Shown here piece after piece: positions 12,731-26,100 of a stretch of DNA of 64,000 bases (position 1 is the stretch's first letter; each line of letters opens with the position of its first letter). Both the position numbers and the translations under genes were made by a program. This DNA comes from Tubulanus polymorphus (taxonomy: Eukaryota > Animalia > Nemertea), in contig NC_134025.1 of assembly GCF_964204645.1 (NCBI RefSeq), forward strand, positions 23,726,299 through 23,790,298, read 5' to 3'. Below the pieces are notes generated by a model, which made no database searches, was not told the origin of the DNA, and saw only the letters and a program-made list of their open reading frames with translations.

Positions 12731-13240
12731 TTGCTACGGATGCTTTCGGCCCGTGTTGTATGCGGTGGTCCTGTTCTCACTGTATTGTCCCATGGCGCCC
12801 TCTACATAGCCGCCATCTTGAAACGGTGTTCTGGTACACCACCGAACAACCGGAAAAATCAAGAGCTCAACGACCTTGGGCCGTTTCACGGGATAACCGT
12901 TTTTCAGATTCGGAGCACTCCCTCCAAATCAAAGCGAAAGAATAACCACCGAACTGGAATTCATCCTACCTATACTATTTCTGTCATTCCTGCAACTCAA
13001 TCTTTTTCAGGACGGTGAACAATTTCACTGGAACGAATTTGTGAGCAAATTAGGACATTAGATTGGAGTGCGGAATATCCACCGTACGGTGCTGCCATCG
13101 GGCCACTACCATCAAGCTGAATTATTCTGAAGGTCGTTGTTCTACCCACAAAAATAGAAAATCCACTCGATTGCATTTCTGGCCCATGTTATTTCTCCGT
13201 CTATTCTATTCCCCTGCGAAATTAAACCCTAAAAATCACA

Positions 13241-14794
13241 ATGATGGATATTGATGAAAGCTACGAAAACCAAGAACACACTGGACCCGGTTTTGTTGGA
13301 ATTAAATTTTGTCAAGAATGGTAAGCTTCCTCCTCTCCTCCATCCTCGCTTGCCAGGGGTCCAGTATCACTCCCGAACTCGCTTCCACCAGCCCCCTGGC
13401 CTCACGAAGCGTGATTCCATTACTGGCGCTGTTGCGCATGACGTCATATATCGATTTGTGAAATACTTCCTTGTTCGGTAAAACGTTCGCTGATTGGTCC
13501 ATTTAACGGGAAAACCAACAGAAGTCTACTGTCGGTTTGTTACAAGCGCTGTGATTGGTACGACCGGATTCTGGTCGGCAAGTAACGACTCCAATGACTC
13601 GTGAGGTCAAGGGGTTCGGAGAACAGCTTTAGCGTAGTGGGTTCGAATCCCTTGACGGGTGAAGATGCCTCTCCTCCTCCTCGCTCGCTTTTTCTTTTGT
13701 CGACAAACTTGTCTTGTTAGAATTTGGAAACTCCACAAAATGTGTGCTGTATCGAAACCAACCTAATCACGAAATCGATAACTTTTATTCCAGTAACAAC
13801 ATGTTATACCCTAAAGAAGACAAGGAAAACAAAATCTTATTATATGCGGTAAGATATAATTCGAGTTGGTCTACTAATAAAATTGGTTATAGCGTCAACG
13901 TGCATCAAGATGACTGTAGCCAACGTACTCATAACGGTCATCCTTTACCAAGACCAAATTACATGAAATATCCGTTTTAGATCGTATTTAATCATATCAG
14001 TAATTAATAATAGCATCTTAATCAACTTTAATAAAAACTTTTAATTTAAGCGAACCTTTGTGTGTTTATATTTCTAGTGCAGAAACTGTGATTTTCAAAT
14101 GGAAGCTGACAATCCGTGTATTTACGTGAACAAAATTCAACATGATGTGGAGTAAGTTTCCGAGTCATGAAGATTGAATATCACTGAATTTGAAATATCT
14201 GAAAATACTATACCACTGCCTTAATAGTTCAACCCCCTATTCACCATTGGGACACTTCGGAATTTTTTTCTTTTCGTTTTAGAACATAATCCTAAGGTAA
14301 TTGGTGTGGTTTGATATTATTCTGCTCCTCCTCTGTAGTCGGCTCTCTGTAGGGTTGAAATGACAAACTATTCAGACAATTCTTAGTCCTAAACCTGAAC
14401 AGATTTAAATGACAGATCTATATACAGAATTTTGTTCGTATAGTTCTGTTATGAAGTCTAAAGTGAAAGCGTATGTTATTCTTTCTTTCATTTAGTGAAT
14501 TGACACAAATCGTAGCTGATGTCATCGCAGATCCAACGCTTCCTCGTACAGAAGATCATCCCTGCCCGAAATGTGGTCACCGCGAAGCTGTATTTTTCCA
14601 GTCAAGCAGCACTAAGGCTGAAGTGAGTTTCAGATGTTCTTACCGAAGCCTATATATCTCTATTTGACCTGTTGAACTACATAGAATTGCCCGAAATCAT
14701 CTTCACGCAAATATATTTCAATATTTTTCAGGAAGGTATGCGACTCTACTATGTCTGTACATTGTCTAAATGTGCTCACAGATGGACGGAATGA
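13241..14794 (+). CDS. POLR2I: RNA polymerase II subunit RPB9
   Basis: Exons 13241-13320, 13794-13848, 14078-14151, 14496-14622 and 14732-14794 give [27 protein letters not shown]|[18 protein letters not shown]|[24 protein letters not shown]|[35 protein letters not shown]...|[20 protein letters not shown]. Two zinc ribbons are present. Confidence 0.97.
13341..13667. mobile_element. 327-bp structured element in POLR2I intron 1 (MITE-like, 9-bp TSD)
   Basis: Direct repeat CCTCTCCTC at 13332-13340 and 13668-13676. CATC...GATG termini with diverged inverted arms of about 70-90 bp, each holding a hairpin. Confidence 0.75.
13433..13560. promoter_or_regulatory. Cluster of promoter-type motifs inside the intron-1 element
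   Basis: TGCGCATG (NRF1-like, 13433), TGACGTCA (CRE, 13439), ACTTCC (ETS-like, 13465), and two TGATTGG (inverted CCAAT) at 13491 and 13552. Function is inferred only. Confidence 0.45.
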
Positions 14795-16602
14795 AAAAAG
14801 ATTGTTTGTGTATTGCATTTATGTATTCTTTTAAATAAATATATTATATATGTATCAAATCAAGTCATACATTTTCTTTTTATCGAGGTTATTTAGTGTT
14901 AGGATCCATGATTTATCATCGTTCAGACTGTATGAGCGACCATTCAATAGCTGAAAGATGCTAAAGTTCCATCGAATTACAAGTTCTTTAAGAAGTGCCA
15001 CGAGTCGGGACGTACCTCCCAACCTGCGAGACGGTAGTTAGATTTTTTGAAATGTTGAATAATGACAACGTAATGAATTTAGGCAGTCGGTGAGGCTATG
15101 AGGTTCCAATCTTCAAACTTCACTCATACGAGTTGATGAATAGTGAAGCCTTTCCTCGAGGAAAATAAATCGAAATGCAACTGAATTGATTTCAGATTTT
15201 TTAATGTTTTATAAAAAAAACCAGTTTCAATTTCGACATTCATACTATTTGTATATATACAAGTGGTACCATTCTTTACACACGAGGGAGGTGTGCACCT
15301 CATCTCGCACATTCCTGTACACACGAAACATGTCTTAACAATTTACCAAACCACAACATACTCGATAAACATGCACACACAGAAAAGAACCTAAATTACA
15401 TAAAAATATTCAACTTCTCATTTTTCTGATTGAATCTTATTAACACCAAAAAAATTACTTAATTTCATTCCCAAATGCTTCAAATTCGATTACACATTAT
15501 GCACTGTTTGTTATACATATATCCCAAGAAGTTATTTAAAGCCTTATAGATATTAAAATCATACCAATAATGCTACTGCTTAATCCCTGATATATTCAAC
15601 ACGTCGATGACAAATTTATTAATTTCGAACCAGGTATGATAAATAAATTCATCAGACCTTAACCGATTCATAAGCTCTGATAATTATACCAACATTCACT
15701 AAATCAATGGCATGAGCGGATGTATTCAAAAATATTTAGAGGCATTGATAGAGACACAGCAGTGTATTCAGTACACTAATCATTAGCATATGATTAGGTA
15801 AACCTATACTGCTGTTTATTGTTTACCCATCAGTTAGAGAAATTCTCTAATTAGCAACTACACACGTAAACTTCATTATCTAAAATATTGGTCTCCGCCA
15901 TAGTAGGAAATTAATGGTTGATAAATGCTGTTGTTATTTCTTGCATAGGTAATATAAAACTCACACATTTATGTGGGTAAAAAAAGTACATTATACACTC
16001 ACCAAAAGCGAAGACTGGCAGTAATATTCATATCTACAAAAACACGCAAATTCAAACACAATGACCACACACAAGACATGAAACAATTTACATGTGTTGA
16101 TAGAGGCTTCATTAATTCTTAACCCTCCTTGACACACACCTCACCCACATACATACATAACAAATGAATGACCCCTAAACATGTCGCAAATGTGTTACAT
16201 ATGTACAAAAATAGCAACTAAGTTTTTTTCAACTCATTCAAACGTGAGCGCCAATAGCAACAGTAAATTGATTTTTTAAGATGCAACTAAAATTATCACA
16301 ACAATGCAATTCAATTAGTTTTATGATCGCAATTCACATGTCGATTGAAATCTATCATCGGTATTTACAAAACGTGATGGTAGAAAAATCTGTTTTAAGA
16401 CACTGACATTTCTTGCTAACTGTGATTATTAGAGTCCACAACGCTTTTTCCAATGAGGACTAACAGAACATCCTGTCAACTCGCGCATTATCCAATCATT
16501 CTAAGCCAGAATAGTCTGTGTAAGACGCTGACATTATCAATCATAACAGTCCACAGTGCAAAGGAAAAACAAAATATCCATGCTTTATCCAGTATGCAAG
16601 CA

Positions 16603-17018
16603 CTATGTGCTTGGTTTTTGTTTGTTGACCATCTCGAATAACGATTCGATATGTTTCGCAACGACATCAACGGAGTTCGGTTTTTCCTTAGGAATAAGTT
16701 TCTTAAGGTCCATTTTCCCTTTCTGGAAAGAAATAACGATAAATCAATTGATGTACCAGCAATTGATATTTTTTGGATGATGAAAATAAGATCAATGGAA
16801 ATATAAACTGGTACATACCTTTGCATCATCCTCAGTTTCACTGTCAGGATTTTCGATTTCACATTTTTGACTGCTAGTTCCGGGAATTGGAGAATCGCGA
16901 TCAAGTCGTCTCTCTATGGTCTCCTTTTCATCCTCTACCTTTTCATCATCCTTATTTTCATCAATGCTCATTTTCCTTTTCTTGGCGGGTGTTTCATCTG
17001 CTTCAAATGAATAAGCGC

Positions 17019-17113
<95 letters not shown>

Positions 17114-20100
17114 TGATTCATTATCAAATACATGTCGAATTAAATCTAAGTTACCTGTCTGGGCAGCAACTTCGAGCTGAGCAGTTTTTTCTTTATGTTT
17201 GCGTTCTTGAAACTGCTTACAGATGCCCAGTATAACTGAGAGAGCTTCATTCAATTTGGAATCCATCTCTTTCGGTGGTTGCACGGAGAAGATCAATCTT
17301 AACGCCCGCAAATCCTGAAATATGAGGAAGCCATCGTTGTACAGGGACTATGAAAATGTATGAATATATTTCACCCAACACTTCAGGAAGAAAGAAGGTG
17401 TTTAAACAAGCCTTGTGGCAATGAAACACTTCTTTAGTTACAAGTATCAGGGAAGAAACTATTGAACTTACGCCATTAATTTTCTGGGTGATTTCCAGAA
17501 TATCATCATCGCATTGTGTGTTCTCGAGAGACAGTTTCTCAATCGTAATTGACTGAATTATGTTATCCATCAACGCTTGCCCATTATCATTGAGTACTTG
17601 CTGGTGCACCTGTAACAGAACGATGTTTAAGTATTAACTATTTCAAGACACAGAAATCAATAAACGATAGTAGATTACTTTTATTAACAAATTCTCTCTA
17701 TATATGACTTATTCAAATACAGGTACTGGCAGAATGAGATCAGTTCCTTACCCTTGGGAAATAATTTGTGAAGAATTGAAAGATGAATTGGTTATTCAAA
17801 CTTTGGCGTTCATCGAGCAGAATGGATTCCACGTAATCGATGAATGAACTGCTTTTACATAAAATGTCCACGCAATTCTTATCGACGTGCTACAAAATAC
17901 AAGTGTGACCAACATATCATTCACCATTGGAGACCGTTAAAAGGGCTGAAAGGGCAATTATTGATGAGAGTAGGACTGACACTTACTTCTAAATGGTATA
18001 TTTCATACCAGAGCTTAGCGAAATATGGAGAATGCAATGGTACACCTTCGTATGCAACCATAGCACCTAGAAGTAGCAAACATAGAATAAAGAGGAATGC
18101 ATAAATACATGAGTAGCCTTTGAGATTTTTTAAAATATCACAGAGTGGAAAACTCTCAAATCTGTGGTATACCACTTACTTAGATTGATAAGCTGTTCCA
18201 TGAGATTCTGTTGATTAACCGCAACGCGACACATGAGATCAACAAATTGATGATACGGATAAAAGAACTCGCACAATGCGTTGTCATATGTTTTGTCAAT
18301 ACCCTATAGATACATGTGCAAAAAGTTAGCTTTTTCTAGGTACAAATAAACCTCATATTCTATGTTTCTCAGGATCAACAATTACCTTAGCTGATTCTAA
18401 CAAACTACTGTGTAGCAGCATTTGGAATTGAGGCCTCGGTGGACGAATATTGGATTTTAGACCACCGATAGCCTTTTGTCCTCTCCTTGGGAAATAAGGT
18501 CCAGGAGCAACTGAAATAGGAAGATTGCTGGTCATGAATATGGACTTCAACTGAAGATGAATTGAAACAATCTCTACAGCGAAACTTACATGGGGTATTG
18601 TTCTGGAACTGAACATGAGCAGATATCACAATCGGCAGGATAACTTGTATAGCATCATTCTGGAATGTTAGCACCATTTCTCTCAGCACGTCTGCAATGA
18701 ATTAACGTACACAAAATCAATGCCAGCGGATGTTAGATAGAATGGCTATGTTTATTTTCCGATTAAAACTTTGAAACTTACTCAGTGAAGCTTCTCGCAC
18801 TTCAGGCGGAGTGTATGAATTCAGTAGAGTTAATAATTTACGAATAAGTTCCATTTTTTCTTTCCAGTTACTGAGGCACTGTTTGGCTTCTCCCACTATA
18901 AACGGACGTAATATATACATTATTACACAAGATTCTTTGAAACTCATTTTAAATATACGCTTTCCGAGGCATGCTGATTTACCTTTCTTTTCGGCAAACA
19001 ATCGAGCCATTTTAATGACCGGCGGGAATATACTAAGTAACTCTACGATATCACCGGTAACGTGGCAGGCAGTGGCTTCATGAAACATCATGTGTAATGT
19101 ACAGAATGCCTAGAAAAACACACCGATATACAGTTTTCAATGTAATTCAACAACAATCATCCAATCAGGAACATCATCTATACATGCAAAGTAACCTTCA
19201 TACCTCAGTGATCATCAATAAACCATTATTATACATTAACAGCATTCGATCATCACCATTTTCAACTAACGTCTTCAAGGCCCTATTAAAAAGTGCCAAA
19301 AACCATGTAATTCTAGCTACTACCAGTATGAAATTATTTTCAATTTCATTAAGTAAACTTGTCCATATATAAATGATAATGCGTTTCTCGAAAGGATCAC
19401 GGATTATCTATTTGTACTCACGGGATTAGTGTTTGCCAGTTCGAGCGCGCGTCTAAATTTTGCAGATACAAAAGCAGAGTATTTCGCTTGAAATGATTGA
19501 TCGATTTTAACTCTTCATCGCTAGTGTCGGGATAACGAAGCACCATTAATTTCATCATCTTAAACAACTCTTCAACAGCCTGCGAGGGAAAAACACATGT
19601 GATTGATACGAAACAGAAATACTTCTAGACGAAATTTGTAATACAGCTAAGTTTACTACTTACAGCTGTGTACTGTGCTGGATATGGAGTGATATTTTTG
19701 AATGCCCACTGTATGTTCTGATGATGAGCCAGTTGACGAGTGAATGACCTCGACTGTTGACAGCACATACGCAATATACCGTAATAGGCCGGCAACATAC
19801 ATCGGTTAAATATCACAACTTCTTGATCATCATGATCAGCTCTGTAGGAAAATCAAGATGGTTTATAATCATTACATTTCGACTTTCTACGCAACAGATA
19901 CATTCATCTACACGTTTTACAATAGCCAGGAAACCTTTCCAAGGAATTCTTATTCAAATCTTTCCAATACTTACAAAATGTAATTAAATGCAATATTCTT
20001 TGTCACATGAGCATTGGACACAATGAGTTGAACATTCTCAGGACAATCAACACATACTTGATGCCAGAATATCAACAATGCCTGAAAAAGTTAAGATTGT

Positions 20101-23100
20101 ATAACTATAGCATAACCCTAAACTTGAGCATTCATCTTGGCCAATATTTCTACATACCTGCTTGTTGTGATGCATTGAAATAGGAGGTTCAGTGAGTTTT
20201 GGCTGAAATAGCTGCCACAAGTCCATGAAATACTGCGAGAACTGTGGAATATAGAACAAACCGATTCTTTTTAAATGTTTGAAATAGTCTTGCATTTAAA
20301 TGAACTAACCAAAGCTATGGCAACTCACCATTAGTTTTTCAGCTCTTGACAGAAGACAATATGTCATTAGTGCAAAGTACGAAGTTAACTTATTTGTCCC
20401 ATGAGTAGCTGCATCTGCAGGAAAATTTCCAATATTCGAAGATAGTACAGAAAAGTTATATCATGAAAGTCGAATAAACAAAGAGAACATTGACCTACCA
20501 ACAAAATGGCGAGCTCTGTTCAATAGCCTCAGTAAATGTTCATAAATGGCATGAAGTACATCAACAGCCTCCTGATTCATCTGGAATAAGAGGTAAGGAA
20601 AGGCATGTTAAAGTGCACTAGTACTTCGTAACCATTATTCAGGAAGAGTGGAAAAAACACTCACCTCTTTCAAAGGACTCAACAGATGTCTACTGGAACG
20701 AAAAGCTTGCCGGAAACCAGGACTAGGAATTAACGAAACTAACAAATAGGCAGCAGCTGAAAATAAAAACAGAACAAATTCAATTCATAGCAGTGTCTGA
20801 CACCAATCTCGATAGAAATTTTACTGAACGTAATTGTATGGAATTGATATTTTGGCAGAGTCTTAAATATTTGAATCCCGGTACTTACCATTTCGGACTC
20901 GAGGGTTGTTGTGACCGATTAGGTAGAGTTCAACCCAATGTTCAAGATGTTGCATTACCCAGCTGTGTATTATCTTATTTCTGGTCACCTGAGCAGAAAG
21001 CCACTCCAGACAGGGCTGCGGGCAATACTCCACAACCTCCCAGAATTTGAGTAGCACGTATCTGGTAAAATTTGGCATACCAGGCGGTCCTCCGATGAAT
21101 TCTACTAACATTGATAGCACCTTGAAAAATGGTTGACTTTGCTGAAAACGGATGTAGAAAAATCTTAAAAATGAACATAGCAGTCCAGAGCAGCACAAGC
21201 TAGTTTCGCGTTTTGAACATACCTCTTGGTTAAGCTTTGCCGAAGTTATTGCACTGAAAATCATTTGAACAACCTGAAAAGAATTGATTATTCCTTGAAT
21301 AAACAACATACTTTGATTGAGATTTCAGTTTTCATCAGGATCAATTCTAACTTACTGTAAGGGCAGCTCTGTCATTCCAGCGGCATATACTAAATATCAG
21401 GTTGCATGTCTGTCGCAGATTAACATTATCTCGTATTTGATTGAACAGGAACGGAAACCCCTGAAACAAATTAATCGACCATCAAACCAATTCTGACATC
21501 TTGTGATGTTTTCCAAGAATAAATGAAGAATGTATTCAGATTGAAATTGCACTTACTTTGCCGCCAACTAGAGTATTAAGATCTTTATCGGACAACCTTA
21601 CTTCACGCCCATCAACCCGTGTTTCTTCAACGAGAATCGAGATCAACGTAATCATCTTCTCCAGAGACGTAGGTCGAAATTTATCCTCGGTTACTACGAT
21701 AACATCGTCATCTTCCTCTTCATCATCAGAAATAATTTCAACCTACACAGGATTGAATTAATATGAACAGGTTTTTTCAATAGGCCTAGTGTATCTCGAG
21801 GTCGACTTCAAAGCGTAAGGGTTAAGGTTTATTCATCATCACCATGGTGGTCTAATAGTGTGTTAAGTTCACTTACGTAGTCTTGACCTTTGTGGCCCAT
21901 ATAGAAATTGATGAATGTTGAAATGGTGTTGATCTGTATGAGAAAGATGCATTCTTCGCTGCCCATTTTTGCAAAATCGAGGAAGAAAGCAAAGTATTCG
22001 CTGAGATATTTACTGTGTGGCTTCACACCATGTTGGGTCTACAAAATAATACAATGCGCGATGAACACCGAAAATTCCGCTCTCAAATAAACAATTGTCA
22101 TAATGTGGTAACAGTTGGCAAGGTTGAACTTACAATGGACAGCATTTTCTTGATGAAACGCGTCACACATGATTGTTTTTCGATTTCATTACACAAAGTT
22201 CGATCCACTTCATCCTCCCTAAGGAATGAAAATTAGGCACGTTTTTACCTCAAATACCATTGCATAAAACAAAATACAGAAATTAGAGTGAAAACACTAA
22301 AATAAACCTTTCAAATAGTGGTTGTAAGTAGAAAGCAACATGTGCTGGTTTCAGTTGAGTGATAACATGAATTATGAGTCTGTGAAACATTTGACGAACG
22401 ACTTGATTCGGACACTTTATCAATATCTGTTGCGGCCACCAGTCATCGTTAGCCATATGGTCTAAAAACCACTGCAAAAATTTGGACGAATGGAATAGAA
22501 ATTAAGTACATTCAATGACGTCTATATCTGTTATTTCCATAGTTTTTGTTTGGATGTAATGTACCTCACAAGCTGCCGGACATGAGTTGAATTGTTTTGT
22601 GAGAAGTTCAATCCACTGTAGCATGGTCGGCTGAAACATGGACAAGTGAAATTTTAGAATTGCTTTTAATGGATGTATTCATTTCATTAATTCCACATGA
22701 ATTCAAAGGCTGAAGATATGTAGAGCGATTACTACCTTTTCTTTTGCATGAATAAGCGTCTCTAGTACGAATGATGCGCTAAGTTTTGCTGCCAATAATG
22801 GAACTTGGTGGCCATCATCTCTAGGCAGAGTTGTGGGTATGTAACCACACATCTGCCACATAAACCTGGATAATATATTCAAGTCAATATCAAGCAACGC
22901 AAAGGAAATTCTTTAATTTTTTCTCATATTTGTTGAAAAGCATTAAGTTCCGGATAGTTCATCTCTGAACCTACCCAAAATATGTGTGTTCAAATATATT
23001 CTTATCCTGAAGAAACTGCATGTTGTCTTGCCATATCCACTAGAAACAAAGAAATATTTTGTTATACAATATCGATGGTTCAGAAGAATATGATGACAGG

Positions 23101-26100
23101 CAAAACCTATATATACCACAGTAGCACACAAGAGAGTTCACAAATATTTCCTGTAAGTTTCTCTCTAAAACAAAATTATATTTTAGGAAGAATTAATAGA
23201 TTTTTTACTTACATCTGCTAATTCTTTTGAAAGCTCAAAATTAAACTTTTTCACTTGTTCCTCGCAGCTAGGTTCCACAGCTTCCATGTCTTTGTTTTTC
23301 GGAATGCGCTCGTAAAACAACATATAGGCACTGTTGGTCTTTTCAAATGAAAAATCCATAAATTTGTCTGTCACCGAATCATAGGTTTTACTCTGAAAAT
23401 GATAACAATTAGAATACGTTGTTGCAGTGATTACCGGTAGTTTATATTTCTGTTTTCCATCACTATTACACTTAAACACTTACAGTCATCTCTCCACCAA
23501 AACATTCGCCAGCAATTTGTCCGGGATCAAATGATTTCACTTCGGCATCATTGAACAAGAACCTAGAATATATAAGAAATCAAAATTCTTGTGACATTCT
23601 TTTTTCAAATTTCCCATTTTTTCCAATTCACTTTCACAGATATATCACTTTGTAACTCATTTATGTAACTTGCCATTTATCCTGGCCATTTTCCGATTGA
23701 TTAAGTCGATCTCTGATAAAGCTGTAATAGTGGCCGCCATCCGCCGTTCCTGTGTGAACCGTTACACCAGTCAACTCGTACTCATAGCTCTCCTCGTTCG
23801 GATCTTTTTGCTGGACGCCTTCCAATTTCTTTTCATTGTCTTCTTCCTCATCATCGGCTAGAAAAAATCATTCTCAATTCAGGAAATTTCATTTTACTTC
23901 TTATATTTCAATAAACAGTGTCTTTGCAGTTCAAAGAGCCCTGTACGCCCACCAAGGGCTAGAAGCTAATAATAAACATGTTATTTCATGGATTCATAGA
24001 GGCTTAATCTATTTCGCTACATTCACAGAGATTACTGAATTTTAACCATTTTTTTCATATTCTCAGTTGTCAACGAAAATCAATTCAAGGAATATTTCTT
24101 CCAAGACATCAATTTACCGCGGATTTTATCCGATCGGATAAGATTGTGCTCCATGTAGTCTTCCATAGACAATCGCAACGGGAAACTGAAATGAGTGTTC
24201 ACTTTCTCCTTCATCATGGTCACCATATTAAATGTGTAGCGCATTGTGTTGAAACACAGAATCTTCGGCAACGATTTGAAGCATGCTCTGAAACAAATTA
24301 AGAATATTAATGTATCACTTCTGGGGTATATTGGGTGTGCCCTACAAAATACGCTTTTTTCCTATCCTTCAGAGAATAGCACATGTCAAGTAAATTTTAC
24401 CTTTTTTCAGCTCTAACTTTCTTCTGACATTTTGAACACGTATACATATTATCTCCTTCTAAAGTGTCCTTCACAGTAACTTCATCAAGCGATTCCTGTA
24501 GATAGAAATAATTTTCTTTCATTACATAATCTATCGGCATAATCTATCGGAGTCATTTAATCAGTAAAACAGAATAAATAGCACCGGATGTAAATTACAT
24601 ATAGAATTATATCTTATGAACTTACATAGAGATTCTTCATATCAGCAACCTGACAACGAACGGTATAGAATTCTTCAAGCGTTCTACTCACATGTGGACA
24701 GTCCTACAAATAGAAAATAAAATTTTCAATAATAAATCTGTTTTAATTTCAGAATTAATCCTATGGATCTCTCGTGAGATTTTGCCTTACCAATGAAACA
24801 ACATTATTTGAGAGTACGCCACCGAACAAAGTCTTCACTACATCTTTCTAAAAAAAAAAAAACAACAATTTTTCACAGTATGTCACCAAGAGTGTCATGA
24901 CTTTGAATACAATACATGTAGAATGAAAATTTATATTTTGGTGTATCACTCTTACTAGTTCAGGTGACATTTCTTCCAATTTGCTGATGAGGTCGGTAAA
25001 GAATTCTGTCATATCTTTCTGTTCACCAGTATTCAATGGTTGCTTGTCCATTGTATAAACTTTACAAAACCCACGAGGATTGTAGGCTTTTCTTTCGCTT
25101 TCCTAGAAATCCAAATGTATTTAATAGTGAAAGCATCAACAAATATGATGTAAGATTTATAGAGTGAACATATGCTTACCAGTAGGTATGCAAACATCTT
25201 CTTCAGCTCAGTCAAGGTTCCTTCATACTTTCCGCAATCATTCTAGAAATAAATTGCAAATTTGACATGAAGACCGCAGGAAGTCATTCAGCTTTTTTCA
25301 ATATCGAACAACACTTACAGTAACAGTAGCCTGAAGAACACTTTCTCTTGCTTGAGGTATCATATACAAATGTTGCATACATGTGGCCATATAGCATGTA
25401 GCACCGAGATTTGTAAGGCCGACATATCCACAATTTGAACGCCCATCATCATGAGGCCAATGATCCCATGGATAGACAGAGTGAGCATCTACAAATAGAT
25501 TATGTTCTAAGATTTTCACAACGTTGAACAGTCAAGATCCTAATGAGCATAACCGAGATTTCCTATCAACATATTCTACCTTTTGAATGTTGAGCTAGCA
25601 CCATTTGATGAAGTTGAACGTAGTTATCGTATGAACCTTTCACCAGTTCAATCAGCAGATCATACGTCGCCGAACGTGATGCATCTGACTTACATTTCGG
25701 TAGATGACGCTTGTTGACAGACGGCAAGGAAAATAAGCACCAGAATATCTCCGCCATAAATTCCTGAATATGAAAACGACATTCACAAATTGTGCATTGA
25801 TCATTCACTAAACCTGACCCAACATGAACAAATTGAAGTAATATTCTCTATTTCGCTATTACCCGTCCTTCAACTGAAGATTTAAAAGGTGGGCTGTGTT
25901 TCATGATTGAAGTCCCTAGCTGTAACAGCCCGATCAGTGCATCATCTTCGAACGTGTTGATGCGCGGTTCCAGGTAATCTTTGTTGACGACGGCATTAGC
26001 CATGTGACTAGCTAAACTATTCAAATCAACCAGACCAGACTACAAAATGAAAAGAATATCATCGTCTGATTCTGATGAACTTCACGAGATCATACATTAT

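Larger units (their letters stand above)
3173..12851. mobile_element. Foldback-type non-autonomous DNA transposon (9,679 bp) with satellite-array inverted arms
   Basis: Exact 8-bp TSD GGAAAAAT at 3165-3172 and 12852-12859. Termini read GGTTAGTCAGTGGTGTACCAGAACACCG (left) and GGTTGTTCGGTGGTGTACCAGAACACCG (right, reverse complement). About 125 bp of near-identical head is followed by 64-bp arrays in opposite orientations. No transposase ORF was seen. Confidence 0.92.

Noticed and set aside
3180-12844. hAT-type CAG termini for the big element
   Set aside because: No TSD at those boundaries. The exact TSD appears only when the ends are extended to 3173 and 12851.
13222-13233. Telomerase RNA template (TAAACCCTAAA)
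   Set aside because: It does not match the animal CTAACCCTAA template, and it lies in the POLR2I 5'UTR.
13596-13661. Functional tRNA gene
   Set aside because: It has a B box and tRNA-Pro-like flanks but no proper anticodon arm, a weak T stem and a stronger competing hairpin.
13341-13667. Intron-embedded RNase P/MRP, 7SK or SECIS RNA
   Set aside because: Could not find the P4 CR-I/CR-V pairs, paired GAUC motifs or a correctly placed UGA/GA quartet on either strand.
16887-17311. YIYIYI ORFs (also 54424-54624)
   Set aside because: These are translations of (TA)n microsatellites.
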